A stretch of DNA of 64,000 nt from Bacteriovoracia bacterium (GTDB lineage Bacteria; Bdellovibrionota; UBA1018; CAIPTA01). The position numbers and the translations under genes are program-made. Positions 1 to 9,157 of this stretch are shown here, piece by piece; within the stretch, counting starts at the first letter, position 1; every line of letters starts with the position of its first letter. The stretch is from assembly GCA_050246755.1 (NCBI GenBank), contig JBFWVL010000001.1, positions 256,001 through 320,000 of the forward strand, in the 5' to 3' direction. Below the pieces are notes generated by a model. It had not been told where the DNA came from. It worked only from the letters and a program-made list of their open reading frames with translations, and searched no databases.

Positions 1-187
1 CGATTTCTCGGATTAATCCTCGTGACGTCCCACTGCTGGGACAATCAAATTTTGCGTCCGTATCCCGTTACAGAGATACGTGCGACTTTATATTTTCAGA
101 ATTGACGTTTGCATGTGTTGGTTTCTTTAGCCTTGAACCAGCGTTTAACGGCTGATTTAGGGCAAAAGAAACCCAAATTTCCTACCT

Positions 188-202
188 AGTTGTCAAAGAA
201 CA
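188..202 (-). promoter_or_regulatory. boxA-like antitermination element (TGTTCTTTGACAACT) in a non-coding leader, probably of an rRNA operon beyond the left edge
   Basis: The minus strand reads TGTTCTTTGACAACT, close to rrn boxA (TGCTCTTTAACAA). It lies ~35 nt downstream of a sigma70-like promoter, and 1-240 has no credible ORF. Confidence 0.5.
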
Positions 203-237
203 GAATTTCGAAGGAATCTCAATTCGTGTGTTTTGGA

Positions 238-266
238 GTTATAGAGAAAAAGGTCCGCAGGCGCAA
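238..266 (-). promoter_or_regulatory. sigma70-type promoter (TTGCGC-17 nt-TATAAC) with A/T tracts upstream, directed towards the left edge
   Basis: -35 at 266-261, 17-nt spacer, -10 at 243-238. A/T-rich tracts at ~270-320 resemble an UP element. Confidence 0.5.
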
Positions 267-547
267 GGCCCTTTTCATGGATTTTGCGAATTTTTTTCGA
301 TTCTTTGCGGCAATTAAAATTTTGACCAAAAGCTTCTGTAGAGCCACTAAAATTGGCCTTTAGAGCCTGTTTTTAATACCAGAGGCCCGTTTTTCGACGA
401 AAAAAACAAGCCCAAAAAGAGGTGTTTTTTATGACGCATTGCGCTTGGTGCGACGCGTTTATCAAAAATTTTGTCAAATTAACCACTTAGATGCCGGCAA
501 ATTGCCCCTCCGCGGATTTTACACGGTATTAATTAAATTTAATTTAT

Positions 548-1357
548 TTAGTTGCGAGAAATCTTACGCACCAAAAGCGTCGTGCCGTCGGCGGCGTCTA
601 GCAGAATCTCCACGTCGCCTAGAGGCGACCTAGGTATAGAGATAGTAAATTTATAAACAAGGGCTATGGCGCTGCCCGTTAGACGATAACCGAGTAAAGC
701 ATGAATCAAAATATCGCTCGCGCTCACCGCCTCCCCCTCGTCTCCCTGAGAACGCCGGAAAATGGCGAGCGCCGCCTGAGCAGCCTGGGCCGCGAGCTCG
801 GGAGTAACCACCGGGCCGCGAGCGGGCGTGGGGCCAGAATAAGAATTATTTGATAAATAAATTAAGTTTCCAGCGGAATCGAAGATGGTATTGATGCGGG
901 AATCAAATACAGGAAGGCCGTTGATCGTTTGCGCCGAAATCACTTGCTGGCTCTGATCCATGCTTCGCCGGCTTTGCACGCGAAGCTCGCCCGCCGCAAT
1001 CCCGAGGAGGCCAGCATAGTCGCGCAGGAATTTTTTTGCCGCTTCGCCAGAATCAGTTTCTCCGAGCGATAAGCGCGCGCCCGACATCTCAGTTAGTACG
1101 CCTTCGACCCACGCCATACGCCAAGGCCCACTCGAATGACGCCGCAGGTTCTCCAGCAGCTCAGGCCGCGATTGCCCGACGGTGGCCGCCGGGGGAACAC
1201 TAGAAACAAGCGGGCGAAGAGCCGCCGCCGGCGAAGCCGGGCTTGCCGGCACCCGCGGAGAAGGCGAAGCGGGCGCTTCCGGCTGAGAATTATTCCGCAG
1301 GAAAAATAGCCCAAAACTAAAAAGGAAGGCCGTGGTGGCAAATAGTAAGTAACGCAT
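548..1357 (-). CDS. Stand-alone M4/M36-type propeptide protein (FTP + PepSY domains) with an N-terminal membrane anchor and Pro/Ala linker
   Basis: FTP-like QQVISAQTINGLPVFDSRINTIFDSAGNLIYLS; PepSY-like C-terminus VYKFTI...VEILLDAADGTTL; AAKKFLRDYAGLLGI helix typical of these propeptides; no HExxH. Confidence 0.7.
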   Translation of the reverse strand: MRYLLFATTAFLFSFGLFFLRNNSQPEAPASPSPRVPASPASPAAALRPLVSSVPPAATVGQSRPELLENLRRHSSGPWRMAWVEGVLTEMSGARLSLGETDSGEAAKKFLRDYAGLLGIAAGELRVQSRRSMDQSQQVISAQTINGLPVFDSRINTIFDSAGNLIYLSNNSYSGPTPARGPVVTPELAAQAAQAALAIFRRSQGDEGEAVSASDILIHALLGYRLTGSAIALVYKFTISIPRSPLGDVEILLDAADGTTLLVRKISRN

Positions 1358-1366
1358 TTTTCCTTC

Positions 1367-2935
1367 CTAATTGGGCCAAAGGGCGGAGTTACTGCAACTC
1401 GAGCTCGTGGCGGCGGATCCCACCGTCAGAGAAAAACTCACGGCCACATCAGCGTTCGCGGCCAGCGCCCCGGTGGGATCCGAGTACATCGGCCTAAACG
1501 AGAGAGAGAAATTCTTTGCCCCCGCGCTGGTTGCCCTGATGAGGAATGCGGCCATGATGGTGGCGTCGCCGGTGGATCCGCCCGACATTGAAGTCACGAA
1601 GTCGCTATTGGCGTCGAGACGGTAGAACTCTCCCACCTGCCCGCCACTAGGTATACTCGTGCCGGCCGGCGCCGCACCTAAGGTGGCCACGCCCATGCCC
1701 ATCGCGGTACCACTGGGATTTTCCAGATTCACCAGCACCAGGGCGGTTTCGCCCACGTCGAGCTGGCCATTGCAGTTTCCGCCCGACTGGGCGCTGATGG
1801 AATGGTCGTCTATTATATAGACTTGCTTCACGGCGCCGCCCGCCGTGGAAAGACGAAGGCCGGTGGCGTCGTCGGCGCGGTGAAATCCTTTGGCCGTGAA
1901 TTTTGCGACTATTAGATTTCTCTCGGCGACCGAGAGATTTACGAAGGCCGGGCCAGAGGCGTCGTAGAAGGCCTGGTAGAAATCTTTGAACCGGGTGGTG
2001 CCGGGCAGAAGCTCAAGTGCGGTTTTCACCAGGCGATCCATCTTCGCTTTCCCTAAGTTCGCCGGATCGCGCAGATCCCAAAGAATCTCGGTGATGGGCC
2101 GGGCGTCGTCATGTACCTCGTACACCATGCTGGCGGGATAGGCATGATTTTGGGTGGCGTCGCGCACATAGCCCGCGCCGAGCGCCCCGAGAAACCATTC
2201 GGCAAGCTGCCCATCATTTAAAATGGAAAGAGCCCAGTAGTCGGCCAAGGCTTCGTCCAGGGCGCCCGCCTCCCCGCTCGAGTTCATGATCGCCGTGCTG
2301 GCAAGGGTGTGGTTGATCGAGTGGCCCGATTCGTGGATCACTACGTCGGCATCATCGGCGGCCCAGACTTTTTTCCCTCCGCCTTGGTCGATGTAACCGA
2401 GACAGACTGCTTTTGCGCTAGGAGAGTAGAAGGCATTATTCGAATAATTGCAGTGGGCGTCAATTTGCACCTTCCCGAGCGCGCCAAGATCGGCGTTAAG
2501 GGAGCTCATTAAATCACGAAGCTTGGTTGCATAATAAAAACTATTTAGCTGTTGGAATTCGGGGCTGCCCGGTCCGTAGGCTTGATTGGCCCTGTCCATC
2601 GAAGCCAGGCTATAAGGAAAGAGCGAGTCTCCCACCACAGAGAAACGATCACTCTCAAGAAAGCAGTTCCCGGCGAGGCCAGAAAGGGTGCCGCTGGTGG
2701 TATAGGCCGTCGAAAGCACGGAATTGAAGGCTAGGACACTGTTGCCGGAGCCGGTACGGGGATTCTCGCTAAAGTAATTGATAAGCACAGAGGTAGGTCC
2801 ATTTACGCAAGAACCCACTAGGGGCGGGGTGCCGCTCGTCTCTACCGTAGTCTTATTACTAGGGCCGCAGGCGGCTAGAACTAGCCACAGACCGTAGATA
2901 AGGAAGCTCTTTTTCCATGAGTCCTGCAAAATCAA
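1367..2935 (-). CDS. Lipoprotein zinc metallopeptidase, thermolysin/fungalysin (M4/M36)-like catalytic domain plus a C-terminal Ig-like domain
   Basis: Lipobox LAA-C; NNAFY; DADVVIHESGH (HExxH); third ligand in GALDEALADY; EVHDD; C-terminal DD..GNCNGQLDVGET..V.L.N domain. Confidence 0.8.
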   Translation of the reverse strand: MILQDSWKKSFLIYGLWLVLAACGPSNKTTVETSGTPPLVGSCVNGPTSVLINYFSENPRTGSGNSVLAFNSVLSTAYTTSGTLSGLAGNCFLESDRFSVVGDSLFPYSLASMDRANQAYGPGSPEFQQLNSFYYATKLRDLMSSLNADLGALGKVQIDAHCNYSNNAFYSPSAKAVCLGYIDQGGGKKVWAADDADVVIHESGHSINHTLASTAIMNSSGEAGALDEALADYWALSILNDGQLAEWFLGALGAGYVRDATQNHAYPASMVYEVHDDARPITEILWDLRDPANLGKAKMDRLVKTALELLPGTTRFKDFYQAFYDASGPAFVNLSVAERNLIVAKFTAKGFHRADDATGLRLSTAGGAVKQVYIIDDHSISAQSGGNCNGQLDVGETALVLVNLENPSGTAMGMGVATLGAAPAGTSIPSGGQVGEFYRLDANSDFVTSMSGGSTGDATIMAAFLIRATSAGAKNFSLSFRPMYSDPTGALAANADVAVSFSLTVGSAATSSSCSNSALWPN

Positions 2936-3010
2936 AGGGTTCCCTCCCTTAAGTTAATTTTACCACATGCGTCATAGGCTATGGAACCGCCTTATTCTTA
3001 AGATTATCCC

Positions 3011-3046
3011 TCAATAGTTGACTTCATTGCTCCGATAACTTACAAT
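3011..3046 (+). promoter_or_regulatory. sigma70-type promoter (TTGACT-17 nt-TACAAT) for the vWA/motor operon, with an overlapping sigma28-like element (TCAA-N16-TCCGATAA)
   Basis: TTGACT 3018-3023, TACAAT 3041-3046, 13 nt before ATG 3060. TCAA at 3011 and TCCGATAA at 3031. Confidence 0.55.
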
Positions 3047-3059
3047 AATAATTAACAAT

Positions 3060-4151
3060 ATGAACTTTTCTAAGCAAAACAAAATTGGCCTGAAATTACT
3101 GGGGGTTGCAGCCCTATCGGCCAGCACGCTCGTGGCCTGTGGCCCTAAAGCGCCTAGTTTTGCCATCTTGGCCGCAGGCCAAAGCACCTTCCAGGGCAGT
3201 ACCGCAAACAATAAAGTGGATGTGCTTTGGGTAATCGATAATACGGGCTCCATGTATACCAAGCAGCAGAAGCTTGGCGATGGATTCAGCTCCTTTATTG
3301 ACACCTTCACCACCAAGAGCTTCGACTTCCATATGGGAGTGACCACCACGGATATACTTGGGGGCACCGGGCAGGGCGGAGAACTGCAAGGACTCCCGTA
3401 TCCTTATACCCATCCTACCGACATCACTAAATCCATTCCGGTGAACTATAACGGCGCCAACGGATCGATCATAAAACTCCTAGACAACAATACCCCCGAC
3501 CTCGCCGGCCACTTTGCCGCAAACGCCCGGGTGGGAATTTTGGGTAACCCTAACGGAACCGGACTCGACGCGATCGAACTAGCCCTCAGCCCAAGCGTGC
3601 TCGCCGGCGCAAACGCCGGATTCCTCCGCAGCGAAGCCCACCTGGCCGTGATCGTGGTAAGCGATGCCGACGACAACGACTCTAACCCGGCCACCGTGGC
3701 GAGCGTGACCAGCACCCTGCAGGCCCTGAAGCCCGACCGTTTCGACGTTATTTCCCGAACTTATAAGAAGAATTTCACCGTATCGGCCGTGGTGGTAAGC
3801 GATCCGACCGACACGAACTGCGTGGCCCCTTTCGAGGAAGGCTTGAAATTCAAAGCCCTCGCTAGCGCCACCAACGGATCCATCGCCAATATCTGCGACG
3901 CGAACTTTGCCACCGGTCTGACCAGCATCAGCCAAAAAATCGCCGAGGCGATCACGGAGATCCCGCTTTCGCGCGTACCAGACACCTCGACCATCTCGAT
4001 CACGTTTAACGGAGTGGTCGTACCCAACGACGCCACTAATGGCTGGACCTATGTGAGCTCCGGCAACAAAATCGTTTTCCACGGCACGGCCATCCCTACG
4101 GACAATACTTCGATCGCCATTAACTATATTCCCGCAGACATCATTAGGTAA
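3060..4151 (+). CDS. von Willebrand factor A domain lipoprotein (CglB-like candidate adhesin)
   Basis: Lipobox LVA-C; VDVLWVIDNTGSM (MIDAS-like D-x-T-x-S); VTTTD; LAVIVVSDADD; C-terminal NGWTY...IVF.G..IP beta domain. Confidence 0.75.
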   Translation: MNFSKQNKIGLKLLGVAALSASTLVACGPKAPSFAILAAGQSTFQGSTANNKVDVLWVIDNTGSMYTKQQKLGDGFSSFIDTFTTKSFDFHMGVTTTDILGGTGQGGELQGLPYPYTHPTDITKSIPVNYNGANGSIIKLLDNNTPDLAGHFAANARVGILGNPNGTGLDAIELALSPSVLAGANAGFLRSEAHLAVIVVSDADDNDSNPATVASVTSTLQALKPDRFDVISRTYKKNFTVSAVVVSDPTDTNCVAPFEEGLKFKALASATNGSIANICDANFATGLTSISQKIAEAITEIPLSRVPDTSTISITFNGVVVPNDATNGWTYVSSGNKIVFHGTAIPTDNTSIAINYIPADIIR

Positions 4152-4169
4152 GGAAAGAGGAGAAGCAAA

Positions 4170-4856
4170 ATGTTAACGCACTTATTACCCATCATCGTAG
4201 TCGGAGCTTTCACGCTGGCCATCATTATCGAGCGCTCTTACGCCCTCTACTGGAAGTTCTCCATCGACAACCATAGCTTCCTCAATGAGGTAAAACAAAA
4301 AATCCTCAGCAATGATATGGCCGGAGCGATTCAAATTTGCTCTAACCAGGGCCACGCGCTAGCACCGAAAGTGGTGAAGGCCGGCTTGCTCCGCGCTTCC
4401 CGCGATAACCGCCAGATCCAAGCAGCGATCGAGATCGTAACCCACGAGGCCGTAGGTAACGTGCGCAAGCGCATCGCTTACCTCGCCATGTTCGCCAATA
4501 TCGCCACCCTATTCGGGTTGCTCGGTACCATCATGGGATTGATCAAGGCCTTCGGCGCCGTAGCGAACGTAGATGCCGCCACCAAATCCGTGATGCTCGC
4601 CGATGGTATCTCCACCTCCATGAACGCGACGGCCACCGGCCTTGCCGTGGCGATACCCGCCATGATCGCCTTCAGCGTGCTCCAGGCTAAAGCAAACCGC
4701 TTAACCGAGAACCTCGAAAGCGCCGCCATGATCGGACTCGACCTGCTCGCCGCCCGTGCTTACCGCGACGAATGGGACGATCTCGGAAATCCTAAAGACA
4801 AACCGGCCGCTCCCGTAATGAGTTCGGACAGCAATAAGCAAGCTAAGGCTTCTTAG
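4170..4856 (+). CDS. MotA/TolQ/ExbB proton-channel protein (AglR-like)
   Basis: AIIIER; ANIATLFGLLGTIMGLIKAF; GISTSMNATATGLAVAIP. Confidence 0.9.
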   Translation: MLTHLLPIIVVGAFTLAIIIERSYALYWKFSIDNHSFLNEVKQKILSNDMAGAIQICSNQGHALAPKVVKAGLLRASRDNRQIQAAIEIVTHEAVGNVRKRIAYLAMFANIATLFGLLGTIMGLIKAFGAVANVDAATKSVMLADGISTSMNATATGLAVAIPAMIAFSVLQAKANRLTENLESAAMIGLDLLAARAYRDEWDDLGNPKDKPAAPVMSSDSNKQAKAS

Positions 4857-4882
4857 AAAAAACGGAAAGAGCAGGAACTTTT

Positions 4883-5515
4883 ATGAAGCGCTTCGGACAC
4901 AACGAACACCTCGACACGGAACTGAACATCGTTCCGATCATCGACTGCTTCGTAATGCTCATATGCTTCCTGCTCTTTACCGCCGCCTTCACGCAGCTCG
5001 TATTCCTCGAAGCTAAGCTCACGAGCAATACCGCCGCCGCGGCCAATAAAAGCCGCTCCGAACTCGACCAGTTCCGCCTCGTGATCAGCTTCGAAGATCA
5101 GGGCATGCGCCTGACCACTACCGGCAGCTCGGCCCGCAAGCTAAACGTAGCGTTGCCTAAACAGGGCGGTGAATACGATTTCAAAACCTTGCATTCGCAC
5201 CTCATCGGCCTCAAGACCGAATATCCGGAACGCTTCTCCGCCGACGTGGAGTTCAAGCAGAAACGCGAATCCGTGGACTACGAGAGCATCATGAAGACGA
5301 TCGATTCCGTACGCCATCTAAGCGACGACGAATACTCCACCATGCGCATCGCCCAGAAAAAAGCGAGCAAACTGGAGCTTAACGACACGGAAAAGGAAAA
5401 AATCGTCTCAGAAGAAATCGATAAACTCGCCCGTAGCCTCGCCTCAAACGACGTGGCCAAGAATACTGACCCCAAACTACTTTTCCCGGACATCGCCCTC
5501 GTTGGATTGGAATAG
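4883..5515 (+). CDS. ExbD/TolR family protein (AglQ-like)
   Basis: ELNIVPIIDCFVMLICFLL with the conserved TM Asp; YESIMKTIDSVR; C-terminal LFPDIAL. Confidence 0.85.
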   Translation: MKRFGHNEHLDTELNIVPIIDCFVMLICFLLFTAAFTQLVFLEAKLTSNTAAAANKSRSELDQFRLVISFEDQGMRLTTTGSSARKLNVALPKQGGEYDFKTLHSHLIGLKTEYPERFSADVEFKQKRESVDYESIMKTIDSVRHLSDDEYSTMRIAQKKASKLELNDTEKEKIVSEEIDKLARSLASNDVAKNTDPKLLFPDIALVGLE

Positions 5516-5517
5516 AT

Positions 5518-5997
5518 ATGGAAAGCACTTTCAAAAAACGCCACCACGAAGACGGAGCCTTCGAGCTCCAGATCACCGCACTAATTGACACGCTCGTGAT
5601 CATCCTGATCTTCTTGCTGAAAAGCATTGCCACCGATACTCTTGATCTAGAGCAAAGTAAGGGCATCACGATGCCGATGGTAGTGAACGGCATGACCACC
5701 GGTGCCGGCAGCAGACTGGACATCTCAGCCGAGGCCGTGAGCTGGAATGGCCAGAAGTTCTTGGAAATGAAAGCCTTTGATGTGAAGAAGCCGCTAAACG
5801 GCGCCGAGGGCTGGAAGGGCCTGGAAATGGCAATGAGCGCGACCGTGGAGAAGGAAAAAACCGAAAAAACCTTCGACGGGAAGCTGCTTCTTCAAGCCGA
5901 CAAAAAAACCCCCTTCCCCGTTTTGCAGGAAGTTTTGAAAGTAGCGAAGAGCCACGGCTATAAAGACATTCGCTTCGTGGGCGCGAAGTACAACTGA
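5518..5997 (+). CDS. ExbD/TolR family protein (AglS-like)
   Basis: LQITALIDTLVIILIFLLKS; LLLQADKKTPF..L.EVL..A..GYKDIRF. Confidence 0.85.
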   Translation: MESTFKKRHHEDGAFELQITALIDTLVIILIFLLKSIATDTLDLEQSKGITMPMVVNGMTTGAGSRLDISAEAVSWNGQKFLEMKAFDVKKPLNGAEGWKGLEMAMSATVEKEKTEKTFDGKLLLQADKKTPFPVLQEVLKVAKSHGYKDIRFVGAKYN

Positions 5998-6004
5998 GGC
6001 TGAG

Positions 6005-9000
6005 ATGAAACGAATTCTATTCCTACTTTTTCCCCTGAGCGCAATGGCCACCGAGGCTCCCCTACAGCCGCCGAAACCGGCGCAGTTCACGGCGTCGGAG
6101 CGGAACGATCTCTACGGTGAAAATGGAATGGATTACGCCAAAGATCTATACCTCAAGCTCGACGGCACTCCGGAAGACGATTTGCGCAACCGGAAGTCGG
6201 AGGCCCTCAACTCACGCGTACGCGAGCGCGGGATCGAGAAGCTCGAAAAGCATTTGGCCAAGAATAAAGACCTGCGAATCCGCCGCGAGCTCTTGCATCG
6301 CTTATCCCAGATGCACGAGCAGCAGGCCGAGATCACCTCTCGCCGCGCCGACGTAAAAAATAAAGAAATGGTCATCCAGGCTTCTCTGCGCAATTCGAAT
6401 AAATATCTCGAGCTTTTGCGCAAAGAATTTCCTGCGTTTTCTCCCGACGCCGTTTTATTCAACCTCGCCGAGAACCACAGTAAGCTTAAAGAGAATGAAC
6501 GGGCCGAGCGCTACTACCGCGAAGTTATTTCCCGTTTCCCCAAGAGCTCCGTGGTGGCCGACTCACTGCTGTCCCTCGGCAATCTCTACTTTGAGCGCCA
6601 AGGCTTCCAGGTGGCTCGCTCTTTCTTTCAGCGCATCTTAGAAACCACGGAAGTAAACCTTTACCCTTACGCGCACTACAAAATGGCGTGGTGTTATTTC
6701 AACGAGAGCAATTTCCCTTCCGCCGTGGCCCGCCTGGAGCAATCGATCTACGACAGCCGCAAGCTGCAGGCGAACGGAGAGAAAAAGCTCGGTGTGGAAG
6801 AAGAAGCCCTCAGCGACTTGGTGCTCTTCTTCGCCGAATACGGCAACCCCGACGAAGCCAAAGCTTATTTCGAAAAACTGGTAACCAAGCAAAAGGCGAA
6901 CGAGCTCCGCTACAATCTTTCGCAACGCCTATTTGATCACGGCAAGCACCTCCTGGCCCGCAACGTGGCCAAGCAGCTGCTCGCCGAAGAACCCCAGAAA
7001 GAATACGTGAACCGCCTCTACCTGATCTTGATCAGCGTAGCGGAACGCCTTAAGGACCGGGATTCCGGGCTCGAAACTGAACAAAAACTTTCCACCTGGA
7101 TCAAAGGCGAAAAACTCGCCAAGGAAGATACTTCGCGCCTAGAGACCGAAGAATATATGCGCCAGTATACCCAGAAGCTACACTACGAAGCCGAAACAAT
7201 GAAGCAAACGGAAGTCTGGGCCCAGGCGAAGAAATCTTACGAGATTTACCTCGAAACCTTTCCGGATGAAGCCGATACGGCCGACGTGAAGTTCCGTTAC
7301 GCCGTGCTTCTGATGAACCGTAAAGAGCAGCTGAAGGCCTACCAATCCGTGAGCGAAGCGCTCGCGAAGATGGATAATAAGCACGCCCGCTATAAGGAAG
7401 CCCTGCGCCTCAAGATCCAGAGCGTAGAACTGGCGAAGGCGGATGAGCGCAAGAAAATGCCTGATGCCGACCTCATGGCCACCTACGATGCGTACGCCAC
7501 GAACTTCAGCAGCGAAGATCTGGGCGTAGAGGCCGCCTATAAAGCCGCCGGCTTAGCGAAAAACTTGGAAACGCCCGAGCTCGTGGCGGCCCGCTTCCGC
7601 GCGATCGCCCAAAACTTTCCTAAGCACGCCCTCGCGAAATCGGCCCTCACCGAGGCCCTGGCCGTGCTCGTGAAAGCCGAAAAATGGGAAGCCCTCCGCA
7701 GCGAATCGAAGATGATGGCCGAAAAATCGGAAATTCAGTCCGGCCTGCTCGATAAAGACGACGATCTGAAAAAGAAGATAGCCGAAGCCAGCGAGCTCTC
7801 CCAGGTGAAGATCGCCGAAGGCCTCGAGGCCCAGGGAAAGCCGGAAGAAGCCAAAGCCCATTACGAGCGTATTCTTTCCGAGAAACCTTCCCAAACCCTC
7901 GGCGTCTATTCGTTGGTGCGCCTCGCGGCCCTCGACGAGCAGAAATTTCACCAAAATCGCGACGCCATCAAGCACTACGAAGAGCTGCGTGAGCGCTACC
8001 CTTCCGCGAAGGAATCCCGCCAGGCCGCGCTCGAGCTAGCGCGCCTCTACGATAAAGTGAACGAGCCACTCGAGGCCGTGGCGCGCTACCAGGCTTTCGC
8101 CGGCACGGGCACTGGCAAAACCGAGCTGCAGGCGCTCACGAACGTGGCCGTAATCCTCGAAAGCCTGGGCGAGCGCGAACAGGCCGCCGAAGCTTTTTAC
8201 CGCCTGCATGAAACCATGCGCGCCGCTAAGGCCCCAGAAAAAGATCAGCTCTCCGCTCTCGAGGCTGGTTGCAATAATTCCTTGCTCGCTTCTCACCAGA
8301 ATCGTGAACGTAAAACGATGCAGAGAATCCTTGATTGCGCGAAAAAATTGACCGCCGCGAATAGTCAGGCCCTAGTTTGGCAGGCCCGCGCCGCGTGGGC
8401 TCTCGACCAAATGGCCGATGGCCTTCAAGCTGAAGAGAGCTGGAAAAAACTGGCTGCGCGGAATCTAAAGGCCACCCCGGAAGCCGAACGCGCCTATGTG
8501 GCCATGGGTAAAGTAAAGCTCCTTGGTCACTCCCTCGAAGACTTCAAAAAACTGAAGTTCTCCAAAACCAATGAGCGCCCGGAAGCCAATATCGGCAATA
8601 AAACGAAGGCTCTCGAAGAATTCGAAAAGCTCGCCGAGAACGTGATTAAGGTGGGAACGCCCAAGCAAATCGGCCAAGCCCGCAATATGCTGCGCCTGGC
8701 TTACCTCGATTTCGCGGAAACGATGGAAACCGCCGCCGTTCCCTCGAAGCTGAGCGACGCGGAAAAAGAAGAGCTGAAGAAAAGCTTCGTGACCTTCGCC
8801 AAGGATTTCCACGATCGCGCGAACGCGCTGGAAGGAACTCCGGAATCCCGCAATCTTGCATCGGCGGCACCGGCTCCCGAGCTAAAGATCGGTTCGCTGT
8901 CGAGTTCCGACGAACGCCTGCTAAAAAGCGGGGAAGTTCCCAGCGACCGTGCCGTAGAAATCTTCGCGAAGAAGGCTTACGACTCGTATAAAAACGGCCG

Positions 9001-9157
9001 ATTCGGCGAAGCTCGTTACTTTGGCGAGAAGTGGAAGCGTCAATTGGCCAGTAGCTCAGCTCCTGCCGAGTACGGTAGCCCGGAACTGGATCGCTTTCAG
9101 GCCGTACTGGCCGAGAAGCTTCCCGAAGTGGATCCGCTTACGCGGGATCTGTTCTAA
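6005..9157 (+). CDS. Large periplasmic tetratricopeptide-repeat protein (GltD/AgmU-like)
   Basis: Signal peptide; many TPR helical pairs (AERYYREVISRFPKS, YAHYKMAWCYFN, EEALSDLVLFFAE); follows the tolQ-tolR-tolR trio. Confidence 0.7.
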   Translation: MKRILFLLFPLSAMATEAPLQPPKPAQFTASERNDLYGENGMDYAKDLYLKLDGTPEDDLRNRKSEALNSRVRERGIEKLEKHLAKNKDLRIRRELLHRLSQMHEQQAEITSRRADVKNKEMVIQASLRNSNKYLELLRKEFPAFSPDAVLFNLAENHSKLKENERAERYYREVISRFPKSSVVADSLLSLGNLYFERQGFQVARSFFQRILETTEVNLYPYAHYKMAWCYFNESNFPSAVARLEQSIYDSRKLQANGEKKLGVEEEALSDLVLFFAEYGNPDEAKAYFEKLVTKQKANELRYNLSQRLFDHGKHLLARNVAKQLLAEEPQKEYVNRLYLILISVAERLKDRDSGLETEQKLSTWIKGEKLAKEDTSRLETEEYMRQYTQKLHYEAETMKQTEVWAQAKKSYEIYLETFPDEADTADVKFRYAVLLMNRKEQLKAYQSVSEALAKMDNKHARYKEALRLKIQSVELAKADERKKMPDADLMATYDAYATNFSSEDLGVEAAYKAAGLAKNLETPELVAARFRAIAQNFPKHALAKSALTEALAVLVKAEKWEALRSESKMMAEKSEIQSGLLDKDDDLKKKIAEASELSQVKIAEGLEAQGKPEEAKAHYERILSEKPSQTLGVYSLVRLAALDEQKFHQNRDAIKHYEELRERYPSAKESRQAALELARLYDKVNEPLEAVARYQAFAGTGTGKTELQALTNVAVILESLGEREQAAEAFYRLHETMRAAKAPEKDQLSALEAGCNNSLLASHQNRERKTMQRILDCAKKLTAANSQALVWQARAAWALDQMADGLQAEESWKKLAARNLKATPEAERAYVAMGKVKLLGHSLEDFKKLKFSKTNERPEANIGNKTKALEEFEKLAENVIKVGTPKQIGQARNMLRLAYLDFAETMETAAVPSKLSDAEKEELKKSFVTFAKDFHDRANALEGTPESRNLASAAPAPELKIGSLSSSDERLLKSGEVPSDRAVEIFAKKAYDSYKNGRFGEARYFGEKWKRQLASSSAPAEYGSPELDRFQAVLAEKLPEVDPLTRDLF

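Noticed and set aside
439-633. 64-aa plus-strand ORF
   Set aside because: TTG start, no RBS, no motifs, and it overlaps the 3' end of the propeptide gene; probably spurious.
548-2935. Frameshifted pseudogene of a single preproprotease
   Set aside because: The propeptide gene lies downstream of the catalytic gene and each has its own export signal, so no frameshift could join them in the normal order.
4170-5997. Ordinary TonB-ExbBD uptake or Tol-Pal operon
   Set aside because: No TonB/TolA, TolB, Pal or receptor is adjacent. Two TolR paralogs flanked by vWA and large TPR genes fit the Agl/Glt pattern better, though this is not proven.
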